Shown here: piece after piece, positions 1-9,439 of the stretch | Numbering within the stretch: position 1 is the first letter of the stretch | Layout: each line of letters opens with the position of its first letter | Assembly: GCA_016202395.1 (NCBI GenBank) | Contig: JACQOV010000070.1 | Span: 1-38,277 of the forward strand | Reading direction: 5' to 3' | DNA: 38,277 nt | From: Deltaproteobacteria bacterium | GTDB taxonomy: Bacteria; JACQOV01 | Made by a program: the position numbers and the translations under genes | Notes under the pieces: model-generated | Databases searched by the model: none | Told to the model about the DNA's origin: nothing | What the model saw: the letters and a program-made list of their open reading frames with translations, nothing else

Positions 1-123
1 AGTTCAGAAATCGAGCGATCGAGCCGTAGAGGGGTCAAAAATCTTGCGAGTGAAGCGAGGAAAAACATTCCCGTGAACTTTTCCCACCGATCAGTCCAAA
101 ATTTCTTGCGTGCAAGACCCCCA

Positions 124-153
124 TTGTCATCCCACTCTCCGTTCGATTATAGT
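124..153 (+). promoter_or_regulatory. Putative sigma70 promoter of lutABC (TTGTCA-18-TATAGT)
   Basis: TTGTCA at 124-129 and TATAGT at 148-153; the ATG at 163 has no SD upstream. Confidence 0.4.
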
Positions 154-162
154 ACCGCCAAG

Positions 163-870
163 ATGAGGGTTTCGCTCTTTGTCACCTGCATTGTTGACCA
201 ACTTTACCCCGCTGTCGGGAAAGCCACTGTCGAATTATTGGAAAAACTCGATGTTAGAGTCGACTACAACCCTGAGCAAACGTGTTGCGGACAACCGGCG
301 TTCAATACCGGCTACACGGAGATTGCGGCCTCTATCGCAAAACGGAACCTTGAAATCCTTGCCGGCGCGGATTACGTGGTGGTCCCCTCCGGATCGTGCG
401 CCAGTCAATTTCGGATCTTTTACCCGGAGCTCTTCGGCCGCTCCGAAAAGGCGCAAAAACTCGCCGCAAAAACCTTTGAGCTGAGCGAATTCCTCGTGAA
501 AGTTCTAAAAGTGAAGGGCCTCCCTTCTCGATTCAATGGAGTGGTCGCCTATCATGACTCATGCCATGCCCTTCGAGAACTTGGGATTCGAGAAGAGCCC
601 CGAGAATTGCTGGGCATGGTAAAGGGTTTGAAGCTCATGGATCTCCCTTCGAACACCTGCTGTGGATTTGGGGGGACATTTTCAGTGAAATTCCCTGAGC
701 TTTCGTGCGCGATGGCCGACGATAAGATTGCGACCCTCGAATCGATGAAAGCCGACGTGGTGACCTCGACTGACATGGGATGTCTCATGCACCTGGAAGG
801 AAGACTCCGGGCCCAAGGGAGCCGAATCCAAGCCCTGCATCTCGCGCAAATTCTGGTGGGAATGAAATGA
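163..870 (+). CDS. lutA: L-lactate utilization protein A (CCG-domain Fe-S oxidoreductase, YkgE)
   Basis: MRVSLFVTCIVD start, two CCG motifs (QTCCGQPAFNTG, CCGFGGTFSVK), YHDSCH; first gene of a lutABC triad. Confidence 0.93.
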   Translation: MRVSLFVTCIVDQLYPAVGKATVELLEKLDVRVDYNPEQTCCGQPAFNTGYTEIAASIAKRNLEILAGADYVVVPSGSCASQFRIFYPELFGRSEKAQKLAAKTFELSEFLVKVLKVKGLPSRFNGVVAYHDSCHALRELGIREEPRELLGMVKGLKLMDLPSNTCCGFGGTFSVKFPELSCAMADDKIATLESMKADVVTSTDMGCLMHLEGRLRAQGSRIQALHLAQILVGMK

Positions 871-2258
871 TGTCTTTCCAAGAAAATTCTCAAAGAGCTT
901 TAAACAATCCCAATCTTCAAGCGGCTCATCAAAGAGCCACCGCTCATTATTTCAAGGCTCGTGAGCGATCCACTCAAGGGCTCGATCTGGAAACCTTGCG
1001 CGAGGACTGTCGCAAGATTCGCCAAGACTCACTCGATCACCTCGATCGCTATCTCCTCCAGTTTGAAGAAGCGTTCCAAAAAGGGGGAGGAATCGTTCTT
1101 TGGGCTCAAGACGCCGAGCAAGCCAGAGAACTCGTCCTTCAAATCTGCAGAGAACACGGGGTGCGAAAAGTCGTTAAAGGGAAATCGATGGTGACCGAGG
1201 AGATTGAACTCAACGCTTTCCTCGAAAAGAACGGGATTGGGGCGATGGAGACCGATCTGGGAGAGTACATCGTTCAATTGGCAGGGGAAAAGCCCTCGCA
1301 CCTCACCGCCCCCGCCATTCACAAAACGCGAGAGCAAATTGCAACCCTCTTTCACGAAAAATTGGGAGCTCCTCCAGGGCTGAATCCCGAACAACTGGTG
1401 GAAGTGGCTCGGGTAAGATTGCGCGATCAGTTTTTCAAAGCCGAGGCGGGGATTACAGGAGCCAACTTTCTGATCGCAGAGACGGGCGCCCTTATTTTGG
1501 TGGAGAATGAAGGAAACATCGGGATGAGCACCACCACACCTCCTATCCACATCGCGGTGGTGGGGATGGAAAAGGTGATCCCAAGAACACAAGATCTCGC
1601 TCTACTCCTTCGCGTCTTGGCCCGAAGCGCCACCGGTCAAAAGATGACAAGCTACGTTTCACTGATTCAACATGCGAGCGAGCACTGTGTGAAACGGTTC
1701 GTGATTCTGCTCGACAACGGCCGATCGCAGATGCTTGCGGATCCCAAGATGCAGGCCGCGCTGCGATGCATCCACTGTGGAGCCTGTTTGAACGTTTGCC
1801 CCATCTATCAAAGAGCGGGGGGACACAGCTACAACTCGATCTATCCCGGACCGATCGGAGCGATTTGGAGCCCGCTTCTCTTCGACACGCCCGAGGCGCA
1901 AGAGCTCCCCTTCGCTTCATCGCTTTGCGGAGCCTGCGCAGAGGTCTGCCCTGTGAAGATTCCGATGCCTCACCTGTTCTTGGAGCTTCGACGTCGATGG
2001 GCTCAGAAAAGGACCGGTTTGAATCTTCATCTTGAGAATGTTGAAAAAACTATTTTTTCAAGTTGGGCCTTCCTCGCTAAATCGCCGTTCCTATACCGAG
2101 CCGCATTAGAAACCGTGGCCACAGCCCAAAAATGGTTTCCTTGGAGCGGATCGATTTTGAAACGATTCCCAATTCTATCTCGATGGGCAGAGAAAAGAGG
2201 GATGCCCCAGTTCTCATCTCCATCGTTTACCGAGTGGTGGAAAAAACGTGAACTCTAA
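867..2258 (+). CDS. lutB: L-lactate utilization protein B (Fe-S protein, YkgF)
   Basis: KGKSMVTEEI, ETDLGEYIVQL, CIHCGACLNVCP and SLCGACAEVCPVKI motifs; ATGA overlap with the lutA stop. Confidence 0.93.
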   Translation: MMSFQENSQRALNNPNLQAAHQRATAHYFKARERSTQGLDLETLREDCRKIRQDSLDHLDRYLLQFEEAFQKGGGIVLWAQDAEQARELVLQICREHGVRKVVKGKSMVTEEIELNAFLEKNGIGAMETDLGEYIVQLAGEKPSHLTAPAIHKTREQIATLFHEKLGAPPGLNPEQLVEVARVRLRDQFFKAEAGITGANFLIAETGALILVENEGNIGMSTTTPPIHIAVVGMEKVIPRTQDLALLLRVLARSATGQKMTSYVSLIQHASEHCVKRFVILLDNGRSQMLADPKMQAALRCIHCGACLNVCPIYQRAGGHSYNSIYPGPIGAIWSPLLFDTPEAQELPFASSLCGACAEVCPVKIPMPHLFLELRRRWAQKRTGLNLHLENVEKTIFSSWAFLAKSPFLYRAALETVATAQKWFPWSGSILKRFPILSRWAEKRGMPQFSSPSFTEWWKKREL

Positions 2259-2901
2259 ACAGAAAATTTTGGAAAGAATTCGCAAGGGGATACTCCAAGA
2301 AAACCAACTGGAGCTTCCCACAAGGGCTTTTAAGGATCCGACGCGCGGATGGGATCTTGAGAAGCGGCTGCATCGCTTTCAAGATGAACTTTCACAGCTA
2401 CGCGGCGAGTCTTTTGTGGTGCGCTCTGCAGAAGAGCTTCGTCATCCCATGAAGGCGATCGTCCAACAAGCGCCACCCGGTCCGATCCTGCTGGCAGAAT
2501 CTGTGGGTATGGAATCGATCCATATTCGAGAATGGATTTGCGACCAAGATTCCGAGCATTTTGTCATCACCCGGAAAACAATCCAGAAAAAGGATGGGAT
2601 CAAGGCGGCGCTGGGTATCACGGAGGCTGATTGTGGAATCGCTGAAACGGGGACTTTAATTTTCAAGTCTAGCCCTTCCTCCCCTTTGGTTTTCTCGCTC
2701 TGGCCTCGAACCCATATCGCGATCCTATCCGCGAAACGACTCTACGGATCTTTGGAACAGGCTTTGACCGCAGATCCCCAAATCTCTCAGGGGCACACGG
2801 TGATGGTGACCGGCCCAAGCCGCACCGCCGATATTGAAAAAACGCTGGTGCTGGGGATGCATGCCCCCCAAAAACTTTACGTCTTTATCCTGCTGGATTA
2901 A
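2248..2901 (+). CDS. lutC: L-lactate utilization protein C (LUD domain, YkgG)
   Basis: IAETGTL and TGPSRTADIEKTLVLGMHAP motifs; GTG start. Confidence 0.9.
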   Translation: MNSKQKILERIRKGILQENQLELPTRAFKDPTRGWDLEKRLHRFQDELSQLRGESFVVRSAEELRHPMKAIVQQAPPGPILLAESVGMESIHIREWICDQDSEHFVITRKTIQKKDGIKAALGITEADCGIAETGTLIFKSSPSSPLVFSLWPRTHIAILSAKRLYGSLEQALTADPQISQGHTVMVTGPSRTADIEKTLVLGMHAPQKLYVFILLD

Positions 2902-2902
2902 A

Positions 2903-3154
2903 ATGGATGTCACCACCGAAATTGAGAAACTCCTTCAATCCATGATTGAGCAACAGGAGAGAAAGGTCCTAGAACTGGCGCGGCGGATCTATCCGCAAGC
3001 CACCTCCGACGACATCTGGAGCCCGCAGGATGCGCCCGCACTACTTAACAACCCCACTTTTAATTACGAACAAGGAATCCTCACTGGATTCGTTGGTATT
3101 CAATCGGCCTATCGAGTCCTTCTCAAAAAACAGACCCAAAAAGTCAATTCTTGA
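2903..3154 (+). CDS. Small hypothetical protein (83 aa)
   Basis: ATG begins 2 bases after the lutC stop; helical, natural-looking sequence (IEQQERKVLELAR...FNYEQGIL) that fills the gap before rplU. Confidence 0.7.
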   Translation: MDVTTEIEKLLQSMIEQQERKVLELARRIYPQATSDDIWSPQDAPALLNNPTFNYEQGILTGFVGIQSAYRVLLKKQTQKVNS

Positions 3155-3211
3155 CGAGAGAAAACCATTATGTTACATACAATTGTTCTACTGGAGGGAA
3201 CTGGAGGAAAG

Positions 3212-3523
3212 ATGTACGCTGTCGTAAAAACAGGTGGAAAGCAGTTCAAGGTTTCAGAAAACGATCTTGTTCAGGTTGAACAGATCCCCGGCAATTCTGG
3301 CGACAAGGTGGAGCTTGCAGAGGTGTTACTCCTGGGTGAGGGGGAAGACGCGCAAATTGGAACCCCTCTCGTACAGGGAGCCAAGGTTCTAGCAGAGATC
3401 GTTCGGCAAGAGCGCGGGGAGAAGTTGATCGTGTTTAAAAAAAGGCGACGGAAGAAGTATCGCCGACAAACAGGACATCGACAAAACTTAACCTTGTTAA
3501 AAATTCACTCAATACAAGCTTGA
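3212..3523 (+). CDS. rplU: 50S ribosomal protein L21
   Basis: MYAVVKTGGKQFKV...GHRQ; SD GGAGG upstream. Confidence 0.97.
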   Translation: MYAVVKTGGKQFKVSENDLVQVEQIPGNSGDKVELAEVLLLGEGEDAQIGTPLVQGAKVLAEIVRQERGEKLIVFKKRRRKKYRRQTGHRQNLTLLKIHSIQA

Positions 3524-3538
3524 TAAGCTTGAAGGAGG

Positions 3539-3664
3539 ACAAACGCAAGAAATAATCGTTAGACGAGGCATCTCGACCGAGACCGAGTGAGGCGTACTTG
3601 GTTAGTACGCCGCAACGAGTGTCGAGGGAGAGTAACGAAGTATAACGTTATTTATTGCGTTTGT
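3539..3664. repeat. 126-nt long palindromic (MITE/REP-like) structured element
   Basis: Terminal arms 3539-3561 and 3643-3664 pair over 21 bp (1 mismatch, 1 bulge); inner stems CTCGAC/GTCGAG (3572-77/3621-26) and GGCGTACT/AGTACGCC (3591-98/3604-11). Confidence 0.8.
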
Positions 3665-3671
3665 AATAAAT

Positions 3672-3935
3672 ATGGCTCATAAGAAAGGACAAGGATCCAC
3701 CCGCAACGGACGCGACTCCGCAGGTCAACGACGCGGGGTAAAAACTTTTGGTGGGGAAAGAATAACGGCCGGAACTATCATTATTCGTCAACGAGGGACA
3801 CAAATCACCCCGGGACTGAATGTGGGGATCGGTCGAGATTGGACGCTTTACGCCAAATGTGATGGGATTGTGCAATTCCAATCGTACGGGGATGGGCGCT
3901 CCCGTGTCCACATCCAACCTGTTCAAACGCAATAA
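3672..3935 (+). CDS. rpmA: 50S ribosomal protein L27
   Basis: [16 protein letters not shown]...RQRGT. Confidence 0.97.
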   Translation: MAHKKGQGSTRNGRDSAGQRRGVKTFGGERITAGTIIIRQRGTQITPGLNVGIGRDWTLYAKCDGIVQFQSYGDGRSRVHIQPVQTQ

Positions 3936-3967
3936 ATGTCATTCTGATCTTAGGGTGCGTTCGCACT

Positions 3968-4972
3968 ATGAAATTTATTGATGAAGCCACCATCTCAGTC
4001 CAAGCCGGCGACGGAGGGCGCGGTTGCGTCAGTTTCCGCCGCGAAGCCCGCGTCCCGATGGGAGGACCCGACGGAGGGGATGGCGGCGACGGTGGAAGTG
4101 TTCTTCTCATCGCAGACCCACAACTCACCACCTTAATCGATCTCCAATACCGGCATCGCTACCCCGCAGAGCATGGAGAGCATGGACGAGGAAAAGATCA
4201 GTTTGGTCGCAAAGGACAAGACACCTTGATTCATCTCCCCATGGGGACGATGGTCTATGATGCTACAAATCAGGAGATCCTCTGCGATCTCAAAGAAGCG
4301 GGCCAACGATTCATCGCCGCTCAAGGGGGACGAGGCGGACATGGAAACAAACGGTTCGCTACTTCCACCAACCAGGCTCCACGAACCGCTCAGCCTGGAG
4401 AGAAAGGGGAAGCGCGCGATCTAAAGCTCACCCTCAAGCTCCTTGCCAACGTGGGGCTCGTCGGATTCCCCAATGCAGGAAAGTCCACTTTAATTTCGAA
4501 GATCTCTCGAGCTCGACCCAAGATTGCGGACTACCCTTTTACCACTTTGATTCCTCATTTAGGCACGGTAAAATATCATGATCAGAGCTTTGTGGTGGCC
4601 GACATTCCGGGACTCATCGAAGGGGCTCACAAGGGAATTGGATTGGGGGACCGATTCCTAAAACACATTGAGAGGACAGCCCTCCTGGTGTTCCTCATCG
4701 ATCTCTCCCCTTCCGCGGAGGCAAGCCCTTCCGATCAGTGGAAGATCTTAAAGAAGGAGCTCCAATCGTACGATATCTCTTTGACAAAAAAACACTCCTG
4801 GGTTGTGGGGAATAAAATCGACCTCCCGGAAGCGACGGCGCCATGGAGGTCCATCCAGAAGAAACTCGGCAAACAACGGACACTTGCGATTTCGGCCCTA
4901 ACAGGCGAAAATGTAGATTCTTTGGTGGCGGCCCTCGCTAAAGAGATAAAAGAGATGAGGAAAGAGGCGTAA
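3968..4972 (+). CDS. obgE: GTPase ObgE/CgtA
   Basis: Gly-rich Obg fold, GFPNAGKST, DYPFTT, DIPG and NKID motifs; lies after rpmA. Confidence 0.97.
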   Translation: MKFIDEATISVQAGDGGRGCVSFRREARVPMGGPDGGDGGDGGSVLLIADPQLTTLIDLQYRHRYPAEHGEHGRGKDQFGRKGQDTLIHLPMGTMVYDATNQEILCDLKEAGQRFIAAQGGRGGHGNKRFATSTNQAPRTAQPGEKGEARDLKLTLKLLANVGLVGFPNAGKSTLISKISRARPKIADYPFTTLIPHLGTVKYHDQSFVVADIPGLIEGAHKGIGLGDRFLKHIERTALLVFLIDLSPSAEASPSDQWKILKKELQSYDISLTKKHSWVVGNKIDLPEATAPWRSIQKKLGKQRTLAISALTGENVDSLVAALAKEIKEMRKEA

Positions 4973-6091
4973 ATGCGAGATGTCGATAGAAAACAGATTG
5001 TGAACCGAGCTCGGCGAGTGATCGTCAAGGTGGGGAGCAGTGTGCTCATCGATTCCTCTCGAGGACTCCAAACCGGCAGTTTTAACAACCTTGCCAAACA
5101 GATTGGGGCGCTTCGAGATAAAGGCCGCCAAGTGATTTTGGTCTCCTCCGGCGCGATCGCCGCCGGGATCGCAAAAATGGGCTTAAGCCATCGTCCTCAT
5201 GATATTTCGCAAAAGCAGGCGCTGGCTGCCATCGGCCAAAGCCGCCTGATGCAACTCTACGAACATGCCTTTGAACGATACGGAACGAAGGTGGCCCAAG
5301 TTCTCCTTACCCATGACGATCTGGCCCATCGAAGGCGTTTTCTCAATGCCCGAGACACCCTTCACGCTTTGCTTTCGTATAAAGCGCTCCCCATCATCAA
5401 TGAAAATGACACCGTCGCCGTGCATGAGATCCAGTTCGGCGACAACGATCGCCTCGCCGCTTTAATCACGCACCTGCTGGAGGCCGATCTTTTGATCTTG
5501 CTCACCAACGTGGACGGCTTGCTGGGACCCGATTCGAGGCCAATCCCTTGTGTGGAACGGATCGATGATTCGATTAAAAAAGGGGCGCGCGATGACAAGA
5601 GTCCTTTCGGCCTGGGAGGAATGAAGGCCAAATTGGAGGCGGCGCAGATCGCCACATCATTTGGGGTTCCAACGATCATTGCTAACGGCTTCACACCTCA
5701 CATCTTGGAACGTCTCTTCGAGGGGGAATCTTTAGGGACTTTGTTCCTGCCACACTCAAAGAAGCTTCAGGCCCGCAAGCACTGGATTGCCCATACGCTG
5801 CGCTCCAAAGGAGGGGTCGTAGTTGACTCCGGAGCCGAAGCCGCGGTCCTGAATGGGAAGAAGAGCCTTCTCCCCTCGGGGATCGTTGCCATCCGTGGCC
5901 ATTTCGATCGAGGGGAGATGATCGACATCTTGAATGAAAAGGGGGAGACCCTTGCCAAAGGGCTTACAGGCTACGCTTCAGAAGAGCTTGAAAAGATCCA
6001 GGGGCTTAAAAGCTCGCAAATCGAGTCGGTTTTAGGGTATAAATATGGGGATGAAGCGATCCATCGAGACAATTTGGTGATTTCAGAATGA
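4973..6091 (+). CDS. proB: Glutamate 5-kinase with PUA domain
   Basis: [27 protein letters not shown] and GGMKAK motifs. Confidence 0.97.
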   Translation: MRDVDRKQIVNRARRVIVKVGSSVLIDSSRGLQTGSFNNLAKQIGALRDKGRQVILVSSGAIAAGIAKMGLSHRPHDISQKQALAAIGQSRLMQLYEHAFERYGTKVAQVLLTHDDLAHRRRFLNARDTLHALLSYKALPIINENDTVAVHEIQFGDNDRLAALITHLLEADLLILLTNVDGLLGPDSRPIPCVERIDDSIKKGARDDKSPFGLGGMKAKLEAAQIATSFGVPTIIANGFTPHILERLFEGESLGTLFLPHSKKLQARKHWIAHTLRSKGGVVVDSGAEAAVLNGKKSLLPSGIVAIRGHFDRGEMIDILNEKGETLAKGLTGYASEELEKIQGLKSSQIESVLGYKYGDEAIHRDNLVISE

Positions 6092-7350
6092 CAGATCGTA
6101 TTCAAAAACAGATCGAGGCGATGGCGAAGGCGGCCCGAAAGGCCTCTCAAATTTTAGGGAGCCTTTCGACCGCCAACAAAAACAAAGCCCTTTTGCGAAT
6201 GGCAGAGGCCCTTCGAGACAAGTCGGAGAGGGTTCTCCAAGAAAATGTGAAAGATGTGGGGGCCGCTAAGAAAAACGGACTCTCCAAAGCGATGGTCGAT
6301 CGCCTCACCCTCACTCCTCAACAGATTGAGGCGATGATCTCCAGTTTAAGAGAGGTGGCCACCCTCCCCGATCCTGTGGGAGAGATCACCCGCATGTGGA
6401 AACGCCCTAACGGTTTGATGGTGGGTCGTCAAAGGATTCCTCTGGGAGTGATCGCCATCATTTACGAATCACGCCCGAACGTCACGGTGGAAGCGGCGAG
6501 CCTCTGCCTCAAATCGGGGAACGCCGTTCTTCTGCGCGGGGGATCGGAAGCGATTCATTCAAATCGAATTCTGGGGAGCCTTTTTCAAGAATCTTGCGCA
6601 GCGGAAGGGGTTCCCAAAGAGGCCATCCAGGTTGTTTCCACAACCGATCGAGACGCAATTGATGCCCTGTTGAAACTCGAAGAAGAGATCGATCTGGTGA
6701 TCCCTCGTGGCGGCGAAGGACTCATTCGGAGCGTTGTTGAAAAATCGCGAATCCCTGTGATCAAGCATTACAAAGGGGTTTGCCATGTCTACGTCGAGGC
6801 AGAGGCCAATCTCGATATGGCCGAGAAAATCTGCTTTAACGCCAAGGTTCAACGCCCAGGGGTGTGCAACGCCATGGAGACGCTCCTTGTCGATAAAGCC
6901 ATTGCGAAAGAATTTTTGCCTCGGATGGCAAAGGCCTACGAAAAAGCGGGCGTGGAACTTCGAGGATGCCCTGAAACGGTAAAAATACTGCCTGGCATGA
7001 AGAAAGCCACAGATGAAGATTATTCTGCGGAGTATTTGGATCTTATTCTTGCCATTCGTGTGGTGAAAGGGTTGGATGAAGCGATCGATCACATCCGCAC
7101 GTATGGCTCGATGCACACTGAATCGATCGTGACCCAAAGCTATGAGAAGGCGCAGCGATTCTTAAGAGAGGTGAACTCCTCCACGGTTTTGGTAAACGCC
7201 TCCACGCGATTCAGCGACGGCTTTCAACTGGGGCTCGGGGCCGAGATCGGAATTAGCACGAGTAAAATCCATGCCTTTGGGCCGATGGGGCTTGAAGAGC
7301 TCACCACCCAAAAATTTATTGTGTACGGAAATGGCCAAATCAGAGAATAA
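6088..7350 (+). CDS. proA: Gamma-glutamyl phosphate reductase
   Basis: [28 protein letters not shown] and GPMGLEEL motifs. Confidence 0.97.
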   Translation: MTDRIQKQIEAMAKAARKASQILGSLSTANKNKALLRMAEALRDKSERVLQENVKDVGAAKKNGLSKAMVDRLTLTPQQIEAMISSLREVATLPDPVGEITRMWKRPNGLMVGRQRIPLGVIAIIYESRPNVTVEAASLCLKSGNAVLLRGGSEAIHSNRILGSLFQESCAAEGVPKEAIQVVSTTDRDAIDALLKLEEEIDLVIPRGGEGLIRSVVEKSRIPVIKHYKGVCHVYVEAEANLDMAEKICFNAKVQRPGVCNAMETLLVDKAIAKEFLPRMAKAYEKAGVELRGCPETVKILPGMKKATDEDYSAEYLDLILAIRVVKGLDEAIDHIRTYGSMHTESIVTQSYEKAQRFLREVNSSTVLVNASTRFSDGFQLGLGAEIGISTSKIHAFGPMGLEELTTQKFIVYGNGQIRE

Positions 7351-7354
7351 ACGG

Positions 7355-7993
7355 ATGAAAATTGGTTTATTTGGTGGAACGTTTAATCCTCCTCATTTAG
7401 GTCATCTTCGATCGGTCGAAGAGGTGCGCGCCCAATTCCAATTGGACAAGATCGTCTTCATCCCCGCAGGGCATCCCCCTCACAAATCGGAGGAAAACGT
7501 TGTCTCCGCGGAAGACCGCTACGAGATGCTTCGGCTCACCCTTGAAGAGGACCCTCATTTCGAGATCTCGGATATCGAGATGGAAAGCTCCAAATCTTCT
7601 TACACCATGGACACCCTACGAAAAATTTTAAAGATTTACCCGCGAGATGAATTCTTCTTCATCGTTGGCCTTGAGACTTTTCAAGAGATCCCCACCTGGA
7701 AGGATTATAAAAAACTCTTCTCTCTCACTCACTTTATTGTGATGATTAAAGACCCCCTCCCCTCGCCGGAGTCGATCCTTCCGGTTGCGATTGCGGAGGA
7801 ATTCTGCTACTCTAAAGACGGCAAAGGAGGTTTTCGGCACCGATCCGAAAAGTGGGTTTACTTATCACACATCACCCGTCTGGACATCTCATCCACAAAG
7901 ATCAGGGAGTTGATTGGGCGAGGGGAGGCGGTTCGATACCTCGTCCCCAAAACGGTCGAACGCTACATTCGATTGAAGGGGTTGTACCGATAA
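7355..7993 (+). CDS. nadD: Nicotinate-nucleotide adenylyltransferase
   Basis: MKIGLFGGTFNPPHLGH and ISSTKIR motifs. Confidence 0.95.
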   Translation: MKIGLFGGTFNPPHLGHLRSVEEVRAQFQLDKIVFIPAGHPPHKSEENVVSAEDRYEMLRLTLEEDPHFEISDIEMESSKSSYTMDTLRKILKIYPRDEFFFIVGLETFQEIPTWKDYKKLFSLTHFIVMIKDPLPSPESILPVAIAEEFCYSKDGKGGFRHRSEKWVYLSHITRLDISSTKIRELIGRGEAVRYLVPKTVERYIRLKGLYR

Positions 7994-8322
7994 ACGCGCG
8001 ACAAAAGGCTCTTCTGTGCCGCAAAATTGCTGAAGATAGAAAAGGGATTAATCCCCTCATCCTTGATTTGCGCCGCTATGGAACCCTCACGGACTTTTTT
8101 GTTATTGTCAGTGGCGCCTCGGATCGGCAGGTTTCGGCTTTGGTTGAAGAGATGCAAAAAGCGCTGGGCCAAAAAGACCTTCACCCCCATGGGATTGAAG
8201 GAGTTCAGGCCGCCCGATGGATTCTCCTGGATTATGACGATGTGGTCGTTCATATCTTTCAAGAAGCGGATCGGGCCTTCTATGACCTCGAAGGGCTTTG
8301 GAGCAATGCTCCCCGGGTGTGA
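7990..8322 (+). CDS. rsfS: Ribosome silencing factor (Iojap); probable non-canonical ATA start
   Basis: DFFVIVSG and WILLDYDDVVVHIF..R.FYDLEGLW motifs; follows nadD; start codon inferred. Confidence 0.9.
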   Translation: MNARQKALLCRKIAEDRKGINPLILDLRRYGTLTDFFVIVSGASDRQVSALVEEMQKALGQKDLHPHGIEGVQAARWILLDYDDVVVHIFQEADRAFYDLEGLWSNAPRV

Positions 8323-8335
8323 AGGAAATTTTTAT

Positions 8336-9364
8336 ATGAAAAGCTTTATCATTCTAGTAACAGTCCTATTTTTGAGCTTGGGTTCGGCCCAAGCCGATAT
8401 TCTGTATTTTCATCCCGACCACCTGGGTTCGCTCGCTGTGATGACAGATTCCTTTGGCAATGTTCAACAAATCGAACACTACACCCCTTTTGGTGAAATT
8501 TTTAGCACTTTGCACTCTACACTTAACACTTCACACTTTCAATTTACAGGCCAAGAGAACGATCGTGAATCCGATCTTTATGACTACGGCGCTCGGTATT
8601 ATGATTCCATCTTGAGTCAATTCATAAGCCCCGACCCCGTGATTGAGAACCCAACTTATACCTACACCCATAACAATCCCATCCGATGGATCGACCCCGA
8701 CGGAAGACAATCTTCTGCCCCTCCCCTCTATAATTCAGATTTGGAGGCCTTTCAATCTTATATAACATCAAATCAACCACGGTCCTTCACATATCATCTC
8801 CGTGGCTCTGAAGAACGAAAAGAAAGGGTGTTTACCTTCCGCGATGTTGTGAGCCGTGGTCCATTCGACCCAAGTGGTATCCAATACGAAGCTAACATTG
8901 TAGAGCTGCCAGGAGAAAAAGAATCTTCGTTCCAAGAAGGCTACGTTCGACTCTTCTCTCCATACTACAATGTTATTAAAGCTTTCTCTCCTTACTTCCA
9001 ACAGGTGCAAGGTTTTGTTGATCAACACAAGGAACCGATTGAAGGAACCCCTTTATTTTTTCTGTCAGATCGGTTCAAGGGTTTCCTCGTGACCTCATCC
9101 GGAACCAAGTTCCCTATTACCCTATCCACAAGTTTACAACAGATGGGTCGATTGGAGGGCTATCCCTTAGATTCCCCCTTTGCTGAAGAGAACATTATAG
9201 AGGTGGCTTTCTACGAAGATGATAAAAAAATCGACTCATTGGACATGAGGAACCATTATATAACGCCTGGGGAATTCCATCGCTTCCTTGTGGGCAATTA
9301 CACGGACTTTGTAAATTCCTATATGCGCCAGCGTCCACTAAGAGAGATCCCTGCCCACAAATAA
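8336..9364 (+). CDS. Secreted mini-Rhs protein: signal peptide + Rhs-associated core + ~218-aa unknown C-terminal domain
   Basis: MKSFIILVTVLFLSLGSAQA signal; DHLGS, YTPFGE, FTGQEND, LYDYGARYYD, FISPDP and NNPIRWIDPDG motifs. Confidence 0.85.
   Translation: MKSFIILVTVLFLSLGSAQADILYFHPDHLGSLAVMTDSFGNVQQIEHYTPFGEIFSTLHSTLNTSHFQFTGQENDRESDLYDYGARYYDSILSQFISPDPVIENPTYTYTHNNPIRWIDPDGRQSSAPPLYNSDLEAFQSYITSNQPRSFTYHLRGSEERKERVFTFRDVVSRGPFDPSGIQYEANIVELPGEKESSFQEGYVRLFSPYYNVIKAFSPYFQQVQGFVDQHKEPIEGTPLFFLSDRFKGFLVTSSGTKFPITLSTSLQQMGRLEGYPLDSPFAEENIIEVAFYEDDKKIDSLDMRNHYITPGEFHRFLVGNYTDFVNSYMRQRPLREIPAHK
8503..8544 (+). repeat. Degenerate heptamer tandem repeat (NNNCACT x5 plus 1 degenerate unit) inside the Rhs core
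   Basis: tagcact ttgcact ctacact taacact tcacact ttcaatt. Confidence 0.65.
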
Positions 9365-9439
9365 AATCCCTTTCGGAAGCTCTTCACCTCCTCCAACCTT
9401 GTTCTGGTCAAAACGTAAAAGGTATGCTAATCTAATAGC

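Noticed and set aside
1-122. Short palindromes and repeats (TCTTGC-gt-GCAAGA, GGGGTC...GACCCC) at the window start
   Set aside because: Possibly the tail of a REP-like element, but truncated by the window edge and not enough to call.
8027-8335. N-terminal 103 aa of the 445-aa Rhs ORF
   Set aside because: Overlaps rsfS in another frame; the signal peptide points to a start at 8336.
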